Below are positions 29,259 through 36,909 of a DNA stretch of 64,000 nt, piece by piece. Where the stretch lies: assembly GCF_050896395.1 (NCBI RefSeq), contig NZ_JBPBBA010000015.1, forward strand, positions 10,104 through 74,103, written 5' to 3'. The notes beneath the pieces are model-generated. The model was not told where the DNA came from, did no database searches, and saw only the letters and a list, made by a program, of their open reading frames with translations. Origin of the DNA: Nioella aestuarii. GTDB lineage: Bacteria > Pseudomonadota > Alphaproteobacteria > Rhodobacterales > Rhodobacteraceae. A program made the position numbers and the translations under genes. Positions within the stretch are counted from its first letter, which is position 1. The number at the start of each line of letters is the position of its first letter.

Positions 29259-29624
29259 ATGGACGCCTCCGTGAACGTGTTGGGCGGGGTTCTGCAACCC
29301 TGCTCGACCGCCCCTTTGACCGGGTTCTTCCGTGACGGTCACTGCAACACCTGTGCCGAAGATCAGGGTAGCCACACGGTTTGTGCCGAGATGACCGCCG
29401 AGTTCCTTGCCTATTCCAAATATGTCGGAAACGACCTGTCCACGCCGCGACCCGAATTCGGCTTTTCCGGGCTGAAGCCGGGCGACCAGTGGTGCCTGTG
29501 TGCCGGCCGCTTTCTACAGGCCTATCAGGAGGGCTGCGCACCAAGGGTTCGATTGCAGGCGACCCATGCCCGCGCCTTGGACATCGTGCCGTTGGAGGTT
29601 CTGAAAGAATTGGCGGCGTTCTGA
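29259..29624 (+). CDS. DUF2237-family small Cys-rich protein
   Basis: Begins MDASVNVLGGVLQPCS... and has multiple conserved Cys/His. An alternative GTG start at 29250 overlaps the upstream stop. Confidence 0.55.
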   Translation: MDASVNVLGGVLQPCSTAPLTGFFRDGHCNTCAEDQGSHTVCAEMTAEFLAYSKYVGNDLSTPRPEFGFSGLKPGDQWCLCAGRFLQAYQEGCAPRVRLQATHARALDIVPLEVLKELAAF

Positions 29625-29625
29625 C

Positions 29626-30168
29626 CTATTCGGCGGCGATCCGCACCCGGTCATCCACATCCACAAGGTCCTCGATAAAGACGCTCAGCAATTGCGGGCG
29701 TCCGCTGACGCCGGCTTTGCGATAAATCGCGTTGGTCTGCGCCTTGACTGTACCTTCCGAGGTTTCGCGCAAGGCGGCGATCTCTTGGATCGACATGCCC
29801 TTAATCGCAAAAAGAGCCACATCACGTTCGGCAGGGGTCAGGCCCCAATCGTCAAAGCGTTCCTCCATCACCTCCATGAAGGCCCCGGATGCGGCTTTAA
29901 GTTTCTGTTCGGCCGCTGCAGTGCGACGCAGGGAATTGCGCAGGTAAACTCCGCCGATCACGGAGCCGAGGATCAAACCGATGGTCGCGCCGATCTCCAT
30001 CAGCTCGCGGGTCTGCCAGCTGATTGGACGGGCGCGAACGTTGAAAATGGTCAAAACAATCTCGGACACGAAAAAGACCGAGCAGACCAGCTGCACCAGC
30101 AAGACTACCGCTAAGAGCAGTTTACCCTTGGTCACGCACCGGCCTTTCCGGTTGCTGACGGGGCTCAA
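29626..30168 (-). CDS. Membrane-anchored LuxR-family (HTH) transcriptional regulator. The start is uncertain: TTG at 30168 or GTG at 30135.
   Basis: Two N-terminal TM helices are followed by a LuxR-type HTH (LTPAERDVALFAIKGMSIQEIAALRETSEGTVKAQTNAIYRKAGV). Confidence 0.65.
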   Translation of the reverse strand: MSPVSNRKGRCVTKGKLLLAVVLLVQLVCSVFFVSEIVLTIFNVRARPISWQTRELMEIGATIGLILGSVIGGVYLRNSLRRTAAAEQKLKAASGAFMEVMEERFDDWGLTPAERDVALFAIKGMSIQEIAALRETSEGTVKAQTNAIYRKAGVSGRPQLLSVFIEDLVDVDDRVRIAAE

Positions 30169-30596
30169 TCATCGTCATCGTCATCATCATCCCCCTCATC
30201 ATCATCGCCCCCGCCCGGACCGCTGTTATCGTCGTCGTCATCATCGTCGTCGTCATCGTCATCATCGTCATCACCGGAGCCGCTGTTGTCGTCATCGCTG
30301 CCGCCCGAGCTTGAAGACGGCAGCACACCTCCGCCTTCGTGTCGGTCGTCTTCAAGCTCCCAGTAGTCACGCAGGATTTCACCCGTGTTCGGATTGAAGA
30401 TGATTTCACGTTCGCGGCCGCGGCCTTCTGCTTCGATCCGCACACGCCCAAGCCAGGTACGTGTCACCTGAATATGGTCGTAGCCCTGGGCCTGAAGCTG
30501 CGCGATGATCTGGGCCTCGATATCCTGTGCCCAAAGTGCCCCGGGCCCCGCCGAAAGGCAGAGCGCGGTGGCCATCAAAAGGCGCATGGGTTTCAT
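30165..30596 (-). CDS. Secreted PepSY-like domain protein with a poly-aspartate C-terminal tail (paralogue 1)
   Basis: The start is MKPMRLLMATALCLSA at 30596; the track ORF extends further upstream to 30698. It carries a signal peptide and a PepSY-like core (IIFNPNTGEILRDYWE). About 45 of the last 50 residues are D, with S/G/N interruptions. Confidence 0.6.
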   Translation of the reverse strand: MKPMRLLMATALCLSAGPGALWAQDIEAQIIAQLQAQGYDHIQVTRTWLGRVRIEAEGRGREREIIFNPNTGEILRDYWELEDDRHEGGGVLPSSSSGGSDDDNSGSGDDDDDDDDDDDDDDDNSGPGGGDDDEGDDDDDDDD

Positions 30597-30731
30597 CAAT
30601 GCCGTCTCCTTCGTTGAATGACTCTGCCCCGCCGGACAGTTGGGGGGATGGGCGGGGCAGAGCAAGGTCCGTCTATCGGCAATAGGAGAGCACACCAATC
30701 TCCTTAAAGGAACCTCTGCCGATCTCGGTCC

Positions 30732-31217
30732 TTAGTCGTCGTCGTCATCATCGTCGTCTTCATCGTCGTCATTGTCGTCATCATCATCGTCGTCGTCGTC
30801 ATCGTCATGATCGTCGTCGTCATCGTCATCGTCATGATCGTCATCGTCGTCATGATCATCATCGTCGTCGTCATGATCGTCATCGTGGTCGTCGTCATCA
30901 TCGGCAGGTCCGGTTTCAGTCGAGATGACATTTCCGTTGGCGTCATATGTGGTTTCGGTCTCAATCCCGCCGGAAACCACCTCTTCGCGGATCAGGTTGC
31001 CGTCGCGGTCGAAGGTCTGCTCAATCGACCCATCGGCACCGGTCGCTTCGATCCGGTAGCCGCCATTGCGGATGCGAACTTCAATATGCATGTAGCCGGC
31101 GCCCTGAAGTTCGGCGATGGCTTCATTCACCGCGTCATTAGATGTCTGAGCAGACAGTGTGGTGGTGGACAGCAGCACCGCCGTTACGGATGCGGTCAGA
31201 ATGGATTTCGGGGTCAT
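30732..31217 (-). CDS. Secreted PepSY-like domain protein with a poly-Asp / Asp-His C-terminal tail (paralogue 2)
   Basis: It has a signal peptide and a PepSY-like core (IEQTFDRDGNLIREEVVSGG). The last ~70 residues are D-rich with regularly spaced H (DDDDDHDDDHDDDDDDHDDDDDHDDDDDDDDH...). Confidence 0.6.
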   Translation of the reverse strand: MTPKSILTASVTAVLLSTTTLSAQTSNDAVNEAIAELQGAGYMHIEVRIRNGGYRIEATGADGSIEQTFDRDGNLIREEVVSGGIETETTYDANGNVISTETGPADDDDDHDDDHDDDDDDHDDDDDHDDDDDDDDHDDDDDDDDDDDNDDDEDDDDDDDD

Positions 31218-31433
31218 GGATCGTCTCCTGTTGATGTTGTCTCTAGGACGGATCGATAGGGGGCCCGCCGATCCGATGACCGGACAGAAAGCACTTTCGC
31301 GGATGACACTCTATTTGCCCGCCGTTTATCCCTGGGTCCATAAACCCCCGGTTCAGGCGCCTAAACCCAAGGTATAAACGGGCAGACCCGCCCGGATTCC
31401 TCCGGACGGGCCTTTGTTTTCAGGGGCTTTCGC

Positions 31434-32567
31434 TCAGTCGCGAAGCTTTACGAGGTCGGTCATAAGACCTTCGGTCCCGTTGTGGACCGTAAGCCGTTCA
31501 ACCTTGGCCGCGATAGACTCCAACGCCTCAAGCTCTTTCAACCGCAACATGACGGGGTTATCCGCCATGACTTTGGCCGTGTTGAGCAAGGACCGCGTAG
31601 CGTTCGTTTCCTCACGCCGTCGAATCACGTTGGCCTCAGCCTCTTTTTGGGCGGCGACCACCCCGTTGAGGATGTCGCGCATCTCGCCGGGCAAGATCAC
31701 ATCCTTCAATGCGATCTCACCCACCTCGATCCCGATCCCCGCCATTTCGGCGCGGACCTTCTTGGCGGCCTCGGCGTCGACCATCCCCTTCTCGGCCAAG
31801 ACCTGATCAAGGGTCATCGCCCCGAGCGTCTTGCGAAACGCAAGCTGCACGGCGCGGTGAAGCGCCTCGTCATGATCGCGCACGGCGGTCACGGCCTTCA
31901 CCGCATCCACCACACGGAAGACGGCGGTCAAGTTCACCCGGATGGACACGCGGTCCTTGGTGAGGATCTCCTGACCCGTGACCTCTTTGGTCTGCCAGCG
32001 CATATCGACCTGTCGGACGGTATGCTTGCGCCCGAAAATCCAGAACCAATGCGTCCCGGGGTCGAGCACTTTCACAAGCTGACCGTCGGTGAAAAGAAGG
32101 GACACGCGCCCTTCCTCGACCGTGGTCACGCTAATCTGGCCATCCAACCGTGCCCGCTCAAGCCGGCGGGCAAGGGCCGGGTCGACCATCACCTCTGCCG
32201 CCATGTCGAACCGGTCGACAGTCCATGGGCCTGCATCGGTCCAGAAAAGCACGCGCTGTTCCGGCGCCACAAGATCGGTGACAATCCCCTCGCGGGTGAT
32301 CACGGCCACCTCATCGGGTCCGGTTTGAACCTCGGTGAAATGGGCCTCGACCAAGTCGGGCCGGTCCCGACGCAAAGCTGCGGCGAGCGCGGACACGAAC
32401 CGTGGGGAGGAGAGATCAAACCGTTCGGTCTGAACCTCCTGAATGTCTATCCAGTGCTCACCTGGGCCGAGGATCGTGTCGATCTTTCCCTTGGCAAGCA
32501 CGAGGGTGCGGGTGTTGATCGGAACAAGCAAACGTCGCTGGTTCCTGAGGGCTTTCAAAATAGACAT
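31434..32567 (-). CDS. SPFH / band-7 domain protein
   Basis: The ATG at 32567 (MSILKALRNQ...) is preceded by AGGAGA. The track ORF runs another 98 codons upstream through non-coding-looking sequence. Confidence 0.75.
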   Translation of the reverse strand: MSILKALRNQRRLLVPINTRTLVLAKGKIDTILGPGEHWIDIQEVQTERFDLSSPRFVSALAAALRRDRPDLVEAHFTEVQTGPDEVAVITREGIVTDLVAPEQRVLFWTDAGPWTVDRFDMAAEVMVDPALARRLERARLDGQISVTTVEEGRVSLLFTDGQLVKVLDPGTHWFWIFGRKHTVRQVDMRWQTKEVTGQEILTKDRVSIRVNLTAVFRVVDAVKAVTAVRDHDEALHRAVQLAFRKTLGAMTLDQVLAEKGMVDAEAAKKVRAEMAGIGIEVGEIALKDVILPGEMRDILNGVVAAQKEAEANVIRRREETNATRSLLNTAKVMADNPVMLRLKELEALESIAAKVERLTVHNGTEGLMTDLVKLRD

Positions 32568-32980
32568 GTCAGGTCTCCTTTTCATGGTCGTGTCTATCGT
32601 CGTCGTCGCAAAGCGCGATCTCCTTTGAGGTTGATTGGGTTGCACGGGCTGAGAGCCGTGGCAGGCGTTGGCGACGGGCGGGATTGCCCTTCGCGGGAAT
32701 GGGGTGGGTTCCAGCGTCGGCCCTGCCATGCCCCTGGGCGGAGAGAGGCGGAGCGGCAGGCCACCAGCGACGCGGGGGTCCGGCCTTGAGCGGCGGAACC
32801 TGGCGACAGCAGGCGGGTCTGCATCACGACTCTCCCGGCCCAAGGCCAGGACGAGTGGCATCCTTCCCCCCCGGGCAAGCCGGAGGATCCGGTCACCCCT
32901 CGCGAAGCGACCCCGGAACCCTATGTTTCAAACCACTCACGTGGCTGGTTGTGCGAAAACCAGTGCCCTCTGGGGCTTTT

Positions 32981-33056
32981 TGGAGCGAAAAGCAGGAGTT
33001 GAACCTGCGCCACTCGGATTAACGGTCCGATGCTCTACCAACTGAGCTACTTTCGC
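32981..33056 (-). tRNA. tRNA gene of 76 nt with encoded CCA. The anticodon-loop positions give GTT (Asn), but position 33 is C rather than the usual U.
   Basis: Manual fold: acceptor GCGAAAG/TTTTCGC (G-T at 7-66), D-arm GCTC-AGTTGGTA-GAGC, anticodon stem TCGGA/TCCGA with loop CCGTTAA, T-arm GCAGG-TTCAACT-CCTGC, discriminator T, CCA. Confidence 0.75.
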
Positions 33057-33283
33057 GTGACGTTTGGTTGTCACGTTTGGCACCTGCCCCGGTTTCAGGC
33101 CCTGGCATACGAGGTCGGCAGTGCCGCCCGCACCGGAGGGGTGATCACCCCCTGCCGTTAGGGCCAGCCCGTCGGCTGGTGAGGGCGGGTGATAAGGCAA
33201 GGGGGATGAGTCGCTCAATATGTGATTTCGTGTAACAATCACACCGTGACGGATGCGCAACATTATTGCGAGACTGCGCAACA

Positions 33284-33313
33284 AATGAAAAGGGCGCCCT
33301 ATGCAGGACGCCC
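33284..33313 (-). terminator. Rho-independent terminator of trpB
   Basis: A GGGCGTCC-TGCATA-GGGCGCCC hairpin followed by a T-run on the minus strand. Confidence 0.6.
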
Positions 33314-33353
33314 ATTCGATACCGTCTGACCGGGGTCAGGCTTTCGCGATCTT

Positions 33354-34595
33354 TCAATCCGCTTCGGCCATGTCGAAACCCAAATGTTTCGCGACCGTGA
33401 AGATGTCTTTGTCGCCGCGCCCGCACATATTCATGCAGATGATGTGATCCTTCGGCAGATCCGGCGCGATCTTGATCACATGGGCCAGCGCGTGAGAGGG
33501 CTCCAGCGCCGGGATTATCCCCTCTTGCTCACAGCAAAGCTGGAACGCCGACAGCGCTTCCTTGTCGGTGATAGAGACATATTTGGCGCGTCCGATCTCG
33601 TGCAGCCAGCTGTGTTCCGGGCCGATGCCGGGGTAATCCAGACCAGCCGAAATCGAGTAGCCTTCGAGGATCTGCCCATCATCGTCCTGTAAGAGGTACG
33701 TCCGGTTGCCATGCAGCACGCCGGGGCGACCACCGGTCAGCGAGGCGCAATGCTCCATCTTGGCGTTCACACCTTTGCCGCCGGCCTCAACGCCGATGAT
33801 GTTGACCGATTTGTCGTCGAGGAAGGGGAAGAACAGGCCCATGGCGTTCGATCCGCCACCGATAGCGGCGATAATCGTGTCGGGAAGGCGGCCCTCGCGT
33901 TCCAGCATCTGCGCCTTGGCTTCCTTGCCGATGATCTGCTGAAAGTCTCGGACCATGGCTGGGTATGGGTGCGGACCCGCCACGGTGCCGATGCAGTAGA
34001 ACGTATCACGCACATTGGTCACCCAATCGCGCAGCGCGTCATTCATGGCGTCTTTCAGCGTGCCACGGCCGGAAGTGACGGGGACGACTTCGGCCCCGAG
34101 CAGGCGCATACGGAAGACATTGGGTTTCTGCCGCTCGACATCATGCGCGCCCATGTAGACCACGCATTTCAGGCCGAACTTGGCGCAGACCGTAGCGGTG
34201 GCCACCCCGTGCTGCCCTGCCCCGGTTTCGGCGATAATCCGGGTCTTGCCCATGCGGCGGGCAAGGATGATCTGGCCGAGAACATTGTTGATCTTGTGCG
34301 CGCCGGTGTGGTTCAGCTCGTCGCGCTTCATGTAGATCTTGGCACCGCCCAGATGCTCGGTCAGGCGATCGGCAAGATAAAGCGGGCTGGGACGACCGAC
34401 ATAGTGCGTCCACAGATCATTCATCTCTGCCCAAAAGCTGTCATCTGTCTTGGCGAATTCGTATTGCTTTTCCAATTCCAGGATCAGCGGCATCAACGTT
34501 TCCGACACGAAGCGCCCGCCGAAATCGCCGAAGCGACCGTTTTCATCGGGGCCCGTCATGAAGGAATTGATCAGGTCTTCGGCCATGTCGGTCAT
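33354..34595 (-). CDS. trpB: Tryptophan synthase beta chain
   Basis: A 413-aa ORF with PLP-site and family conservation ([17 protein letters not shown]). AAGGA lies upstream of the ATG. Confidence 0.9.
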   Translation of the reverse strand: MTDMAEDLINSFMTGPDENGRFGDFGGRFVSETLMPLILELEKQYEFAKTDDSFWAEMNDLWTHYVGRPSPLYLADRLTEHLGGAKIYMKRDELNHTGAHKINNVLGQIILARRMGKTRIIAETGAGQHGVATATVCAKFGLKCVVYMGAHDVERQKPNVFRMRLLGAEVVPVTSGRGTLKDAMNDALRDWVTNVRDTFYCIGTVAGPHPYPAMVRDFQQIIGKEAKAQMLEREGRLPDTIIAAIGGGSNAMGLFFPFLDDKSVNIIGVEAGGKGVNAKMEHCASLTGGRPGVLHGNRTYLLQDDDGQILEGYSISAGLDYPGIGPEHSWLHEIGRAKYVSITDKEALSAFQLCCEQEGIIPALEPSHALAHVIKIAPDLPKDHIICMNMCGRGDKDIFTVAKHLGFDMAEAD

Positions 34596-34658
34596 CCTTG
34601 CAGAGTCATCTGACCTGTCCTATTCGAGCGAACGCTTGGGGACAAGAGCAGCCGGTGT

Positions 34659-34754
34659 AAAGGCGTTTCGAAACGCCTTTGAAGACGCGGTTTCGAAACC
34701 GCGTTTGAAGCCGCTTCGAAGCGGCTTTTTCAAAGGGCCTTCGAAGGCCCTTTC
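34659..34754. repeat. Tandem array of four perfect palindromes (22, 20, 20 and 22 bp), each centred on TTCGAA, immediately upstream of trpB
   Basis: The four units are AAAGGCGTTTCGAAACGCCTTT, ACGCGGTTTCGAAACCGCGT, AAGCCGCTTCGAAGCGGCTT and AAAGGGCCTTCGAAGGCCCTTT, spaced by 3-6 nt (GAAG / TTCAAAG linkers). Confidence 0.8.
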
Positions 34755-34983
34755 ACCGCACCCTTCGAATTGGGGCGCCATTGCAGAACACGACGAAATG
34801 GCGACCATTCTCCACTGCCTGGAGCCCTTTGCGCTCCAGCGCGCGGGCGAAGGCTTGCCGCCCCACCAGCCGTTCCACATCGCGGATCTGGCGTTTCACG
34901 ACACCCCCGCGCTGCGCCTCTTTCGAGGAGAACATCTGATCGAGCCAAAGGTCTGGGGTCAGGTATTCAGGTAACTCAGCCAT
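34753..34983 (-). CDS. Small hypothetical ORF of 76 aa. Its 3' end runs into the palindrome array, so it is doubtful.
   Basis: Starts at an ATG (MAELPEYLTPDLW...). No family recognised. The overlap with repeats lowers confidence. Confidence 0.25.
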   Translation of the reverse strand: MAELPEYLTPDLWLDQMFSSKEAQRGGVVKRQIRDVERLVGRQAFARALERKGLQAVENGRHFVVFCNGAPIRRVR

Positions 34984-35030
34984 GCCGGGAAGCCTAGCCC
35001 CGCGCTGGTTAACACAGGGTAAACTACCCC

Positions 35031-35366
35031 CTAGCGGCAAAGCAGCCGGTCAAATGCCGCGAGGCAGCTGCGTGGCTCAAAAAACGGCGACTGTGTTACG
35101 ACCGTCGCAAACAGGTAGCGATTCTCGTATTCGAATGAGATCACTCCCTCGATCAATCGCGCGCAGTTGGCGGGTGTCACCTGGCAGGCTGCAAGTGCGG
35201 TTTGTGCTGCGCCATTATCGGCCGAAATGATCGACCCATCAGCAATTTCAGCGGCGACCATTTCCCGATAAAGCGCGCGCACCTCATCGACCGATGGCCG
35301 CGTTGCGAATGCCGCGCCGGCCGCCGCAATCGCACCATAGATCAGCAGCTTGCCCAGAATTCCCAT
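35031..35366 (-). CDS. Hypothetical small protein of 111 aa between trpF and trpB
   Basis: Its start overlaps the trpF stop. It has an N-terminal hydrophobic segment. Confidence 0.4.
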   Translation of the reverse strand: MGILGKLLIYGAIAAAGAAFATRPSVDEVRALYREMVAAEIADGSIISADNGAAQTALAACQVTPANCARLIEGVISFEYENRYLFATVVTQSPFFEPRSCLAAFDRLLCR

Positions 35367-36007
35367 CAGCCCCTCGCCGCCGCTGAAAATTGCGCCATCA
35401 GCCCTGCATCCTTTACGCCCGGAGCGCTTTCCACTCCCGACGACACATCAACCTGCTTCGCGCCGGTCAACCGCACCGCCTCGGCCACGTTGTCCGGGGT
35501 CAGCCCGCCAGCCAACATCCAGGGTCGGGTCCAGTACTTGCGGTCAGCCAGCAAGCGCCAGTCAAACGCCAGCCCATTGCCGCCGGGCAAATCCGCGCCT
35601 CTTGGGGGCTTTGCGTCGATCAGAAGCTGGTCGGCTACGGGCGAATAGAGATCAATGGCCGCCAGATCCCCGGCATCAGCCACACCGATCGCCTTCATCA
35701 CCGGCAGACCGTACCGCGCCTTTATCTCCGCCACGCGGTCCGGGCTTTCATGCCCGTGAAGCTGCAACATATCGAGAGGAACCCGCGCCGTGATGGTGTC
35801 GAGAGTCGCGTTGTCGGCATTCACACTCAGCAGCACCTTGGCCAGCCCTGGCGGCACTTCGACAGCGAGGGCTGCCATCGGCTCGATGTCCAGATGCCGG
35901 GGGGATTTGGCAAAATGCACGAAACCCACATACCGCGCGCCAGCATCATGCGCTGCGGCGATGTCCTCTGACCGGGTCAGCCCGCAGAATTTGACGGCAG
36001 TCGACAT
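35366..36007 (-). CDS. trpF: Phosphoribosylanthranilate isomerase
   Basis: A 213-aa ORF beginning [19 protein letters not shown], with PRAI family conservation. Confidence 0.85.
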   Translation of the reverse strand: MSTAVKFCGLTRSEDIAAAHDAGARYVGFVHFAKSPRHLDIEPMAALAVEVPPGLAKVLLSVNADNATLDTITARVPLDMLQLHGHESPDRVAEIKARYGLPVMKAIGVADAGDLAAIDLYSPVADQLLIDAKPPRGADLPGGNGLAFDWRLLADRKYWTRPWMLAGGLTPDNVAEAVRLTGAKQVDVSSGVESAPGVKDAGLMAQFSAAARG

Positions 36008-36016
36008 GGGATCGGT

Positions 36017-36361
36017 TCAGTCTTCCAGAAGCGCAAGCACTTCGTCCCGGCCCCGATTGGCTTCGCCGCGCAGGCTTTGAACCTCACGCGCCAGCTGATC
36101 GCGTTCCTTGCGCTGTGCCTTGGCCTCGGCCCGCTGCTTATGCTCGCGGAACCATTCCCAGACGAAGCCGATCAGCAAACCGGCCAGAATGCCCCCAAGG
36201 ATCACCAGAAATAATGGCAGGGTGATCGCGTAGTTCCAGTTCACCCATTCCGCCAGATTGTGGGGTAGCACGGTCAGCGTCACCGGCTCGACATTGGCAA
36301 GCGAAACCAGCACCAGCGCAATGCCGATGACAGCCAAAAACAGGTATTTGATGTATTTCAC
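36017..36361 (-). CDS. lapA: LapA-family inner-membrane protein (DUF1049)
   Basis: Two TM segments plus a charged C-terminal coil. It lies immediately downstream of ihfB, as in the conserved rpsA-ihfB-lapA arrangement. Confidence 0.65.
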   Translation of the reverse strand: MKYIKYLFLAVIGIALVLVSLANVEPVTLTVLPHNLAEWVNWNYAITLPLFLVILGGILAGLLIGFVWEWFREHKQRAEAKAQRKERDQLAREVQSLRGEANRGRDEVLALLED

Positions 36362-36364
36362 CGT

Positions 36365-36655
36365 TCAGGAACCTTCCAAACCGTTCAACCTGTCGCGCAA
36401 CAGCTTGCCGGCCTTGAAGAAAGGAACGTGTTTCTCTTCCACCTGGACACTTTCACCGGTGCGCGGATTTCGTCCAACCCTCGCATCCCTTTTCTTCACG
36501 GAAAACGCGCCGAAACCGCGCAGTTCCACGCGGTCGCCTTGCGACAATGCTCCGATGATCTCTTCGAAAATTGCACTGACGATCATCTCGACCTCACGCA
36601 GGGTGAGTGTCGGATTCTCGTCAGCCAGCTTTTGGATCAGTTCCGATCGTATCAT
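36365..36655 (-). CDS. ihfB: Integration host factor beta subunit
   Basis: A 96-aa ORF with HU/IHF-family sequence ([22 protein letters not shown]). Confidence 0.85.
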   Translation of the reverse strand: MIRSELIQKLADENPTLTLREVEMIVSAIFEEIIGALSQGDRVELRGFGAFSVKKRDARVGRNPRTGESVQVEEKHVPFFKAGKLLRDRLNGLEGS

Positions 36656-36852
36656 CCAAACCCCCTGGCCGCGGTTTCCTGATGCTAGACTATAAGCATA
36701 AAGATGCCTTGGGGGAATTGAAAAGCCGTTGAAAATCCGGGGGAAATTGGCCGAACTGTGGGTCTACACGCAGCTTGTCGCCGATGTTTCGCGGTGATCT
36801 GCCGATCAGCGTCTGTCTGACGGCCCGTCCGTTGAAACTGATTCGGAGGGGT

Positions 36853-36888
36853 AAAAACGCAAAGGGCCCCGCGTTTCCGCGAGGCCCC
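36853..36888 (-). terminator. Probable terminator after rpsA
   Basis: An imperfect GGGGCCTCGCG-GAAA-CGCGGGGCCC hairpin followed by a T-rich tract on the minus strand. Confidence 0.45.
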
Positions 36889-36909
36889 AATGCTTGGCTG
36901 ACGCCGGTA

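Noticed and set aside
30704-31259. ORFs translating as poly-Met/Thr/Ile/Val (30704..30964 minus, 30807..31259 plus, 29981..30451)
   Set aside because: Off-frame and antisense readings of the (GAC/GAT)n repeats that encode the poly-Asp tails. Not genes.
31482-32789. 435-aa plus-strand ORF
   Set aside because: Antisense of the SPFH-domain gene.
32668-33045. 125-aa plus-strand ORF across the SPFH leader and the tRNA
   Set aside because: It overlaps the tRNA gene. Arg/Gly/Pro-rich composition and no RBS.
33060-33085. Direct repeat ACGTTTGG x2 immediately upstream of the tRNA gene
   Set aside because: Only two 8-bp copies. This is more likely part of the tRNA promoter region than a meaningful repeat element. 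Noted, not pursued.
34450-34974. 174-aa plus-strand ORF (and 34620..34880 minus) giving repetitive KAFRNAF/KPLRSGF peptides
   Set aside because: Produced by translating through the tandem perfect palindromes. Both strands give mirror-like peptides. It also overlaps the trpB start out of frame.
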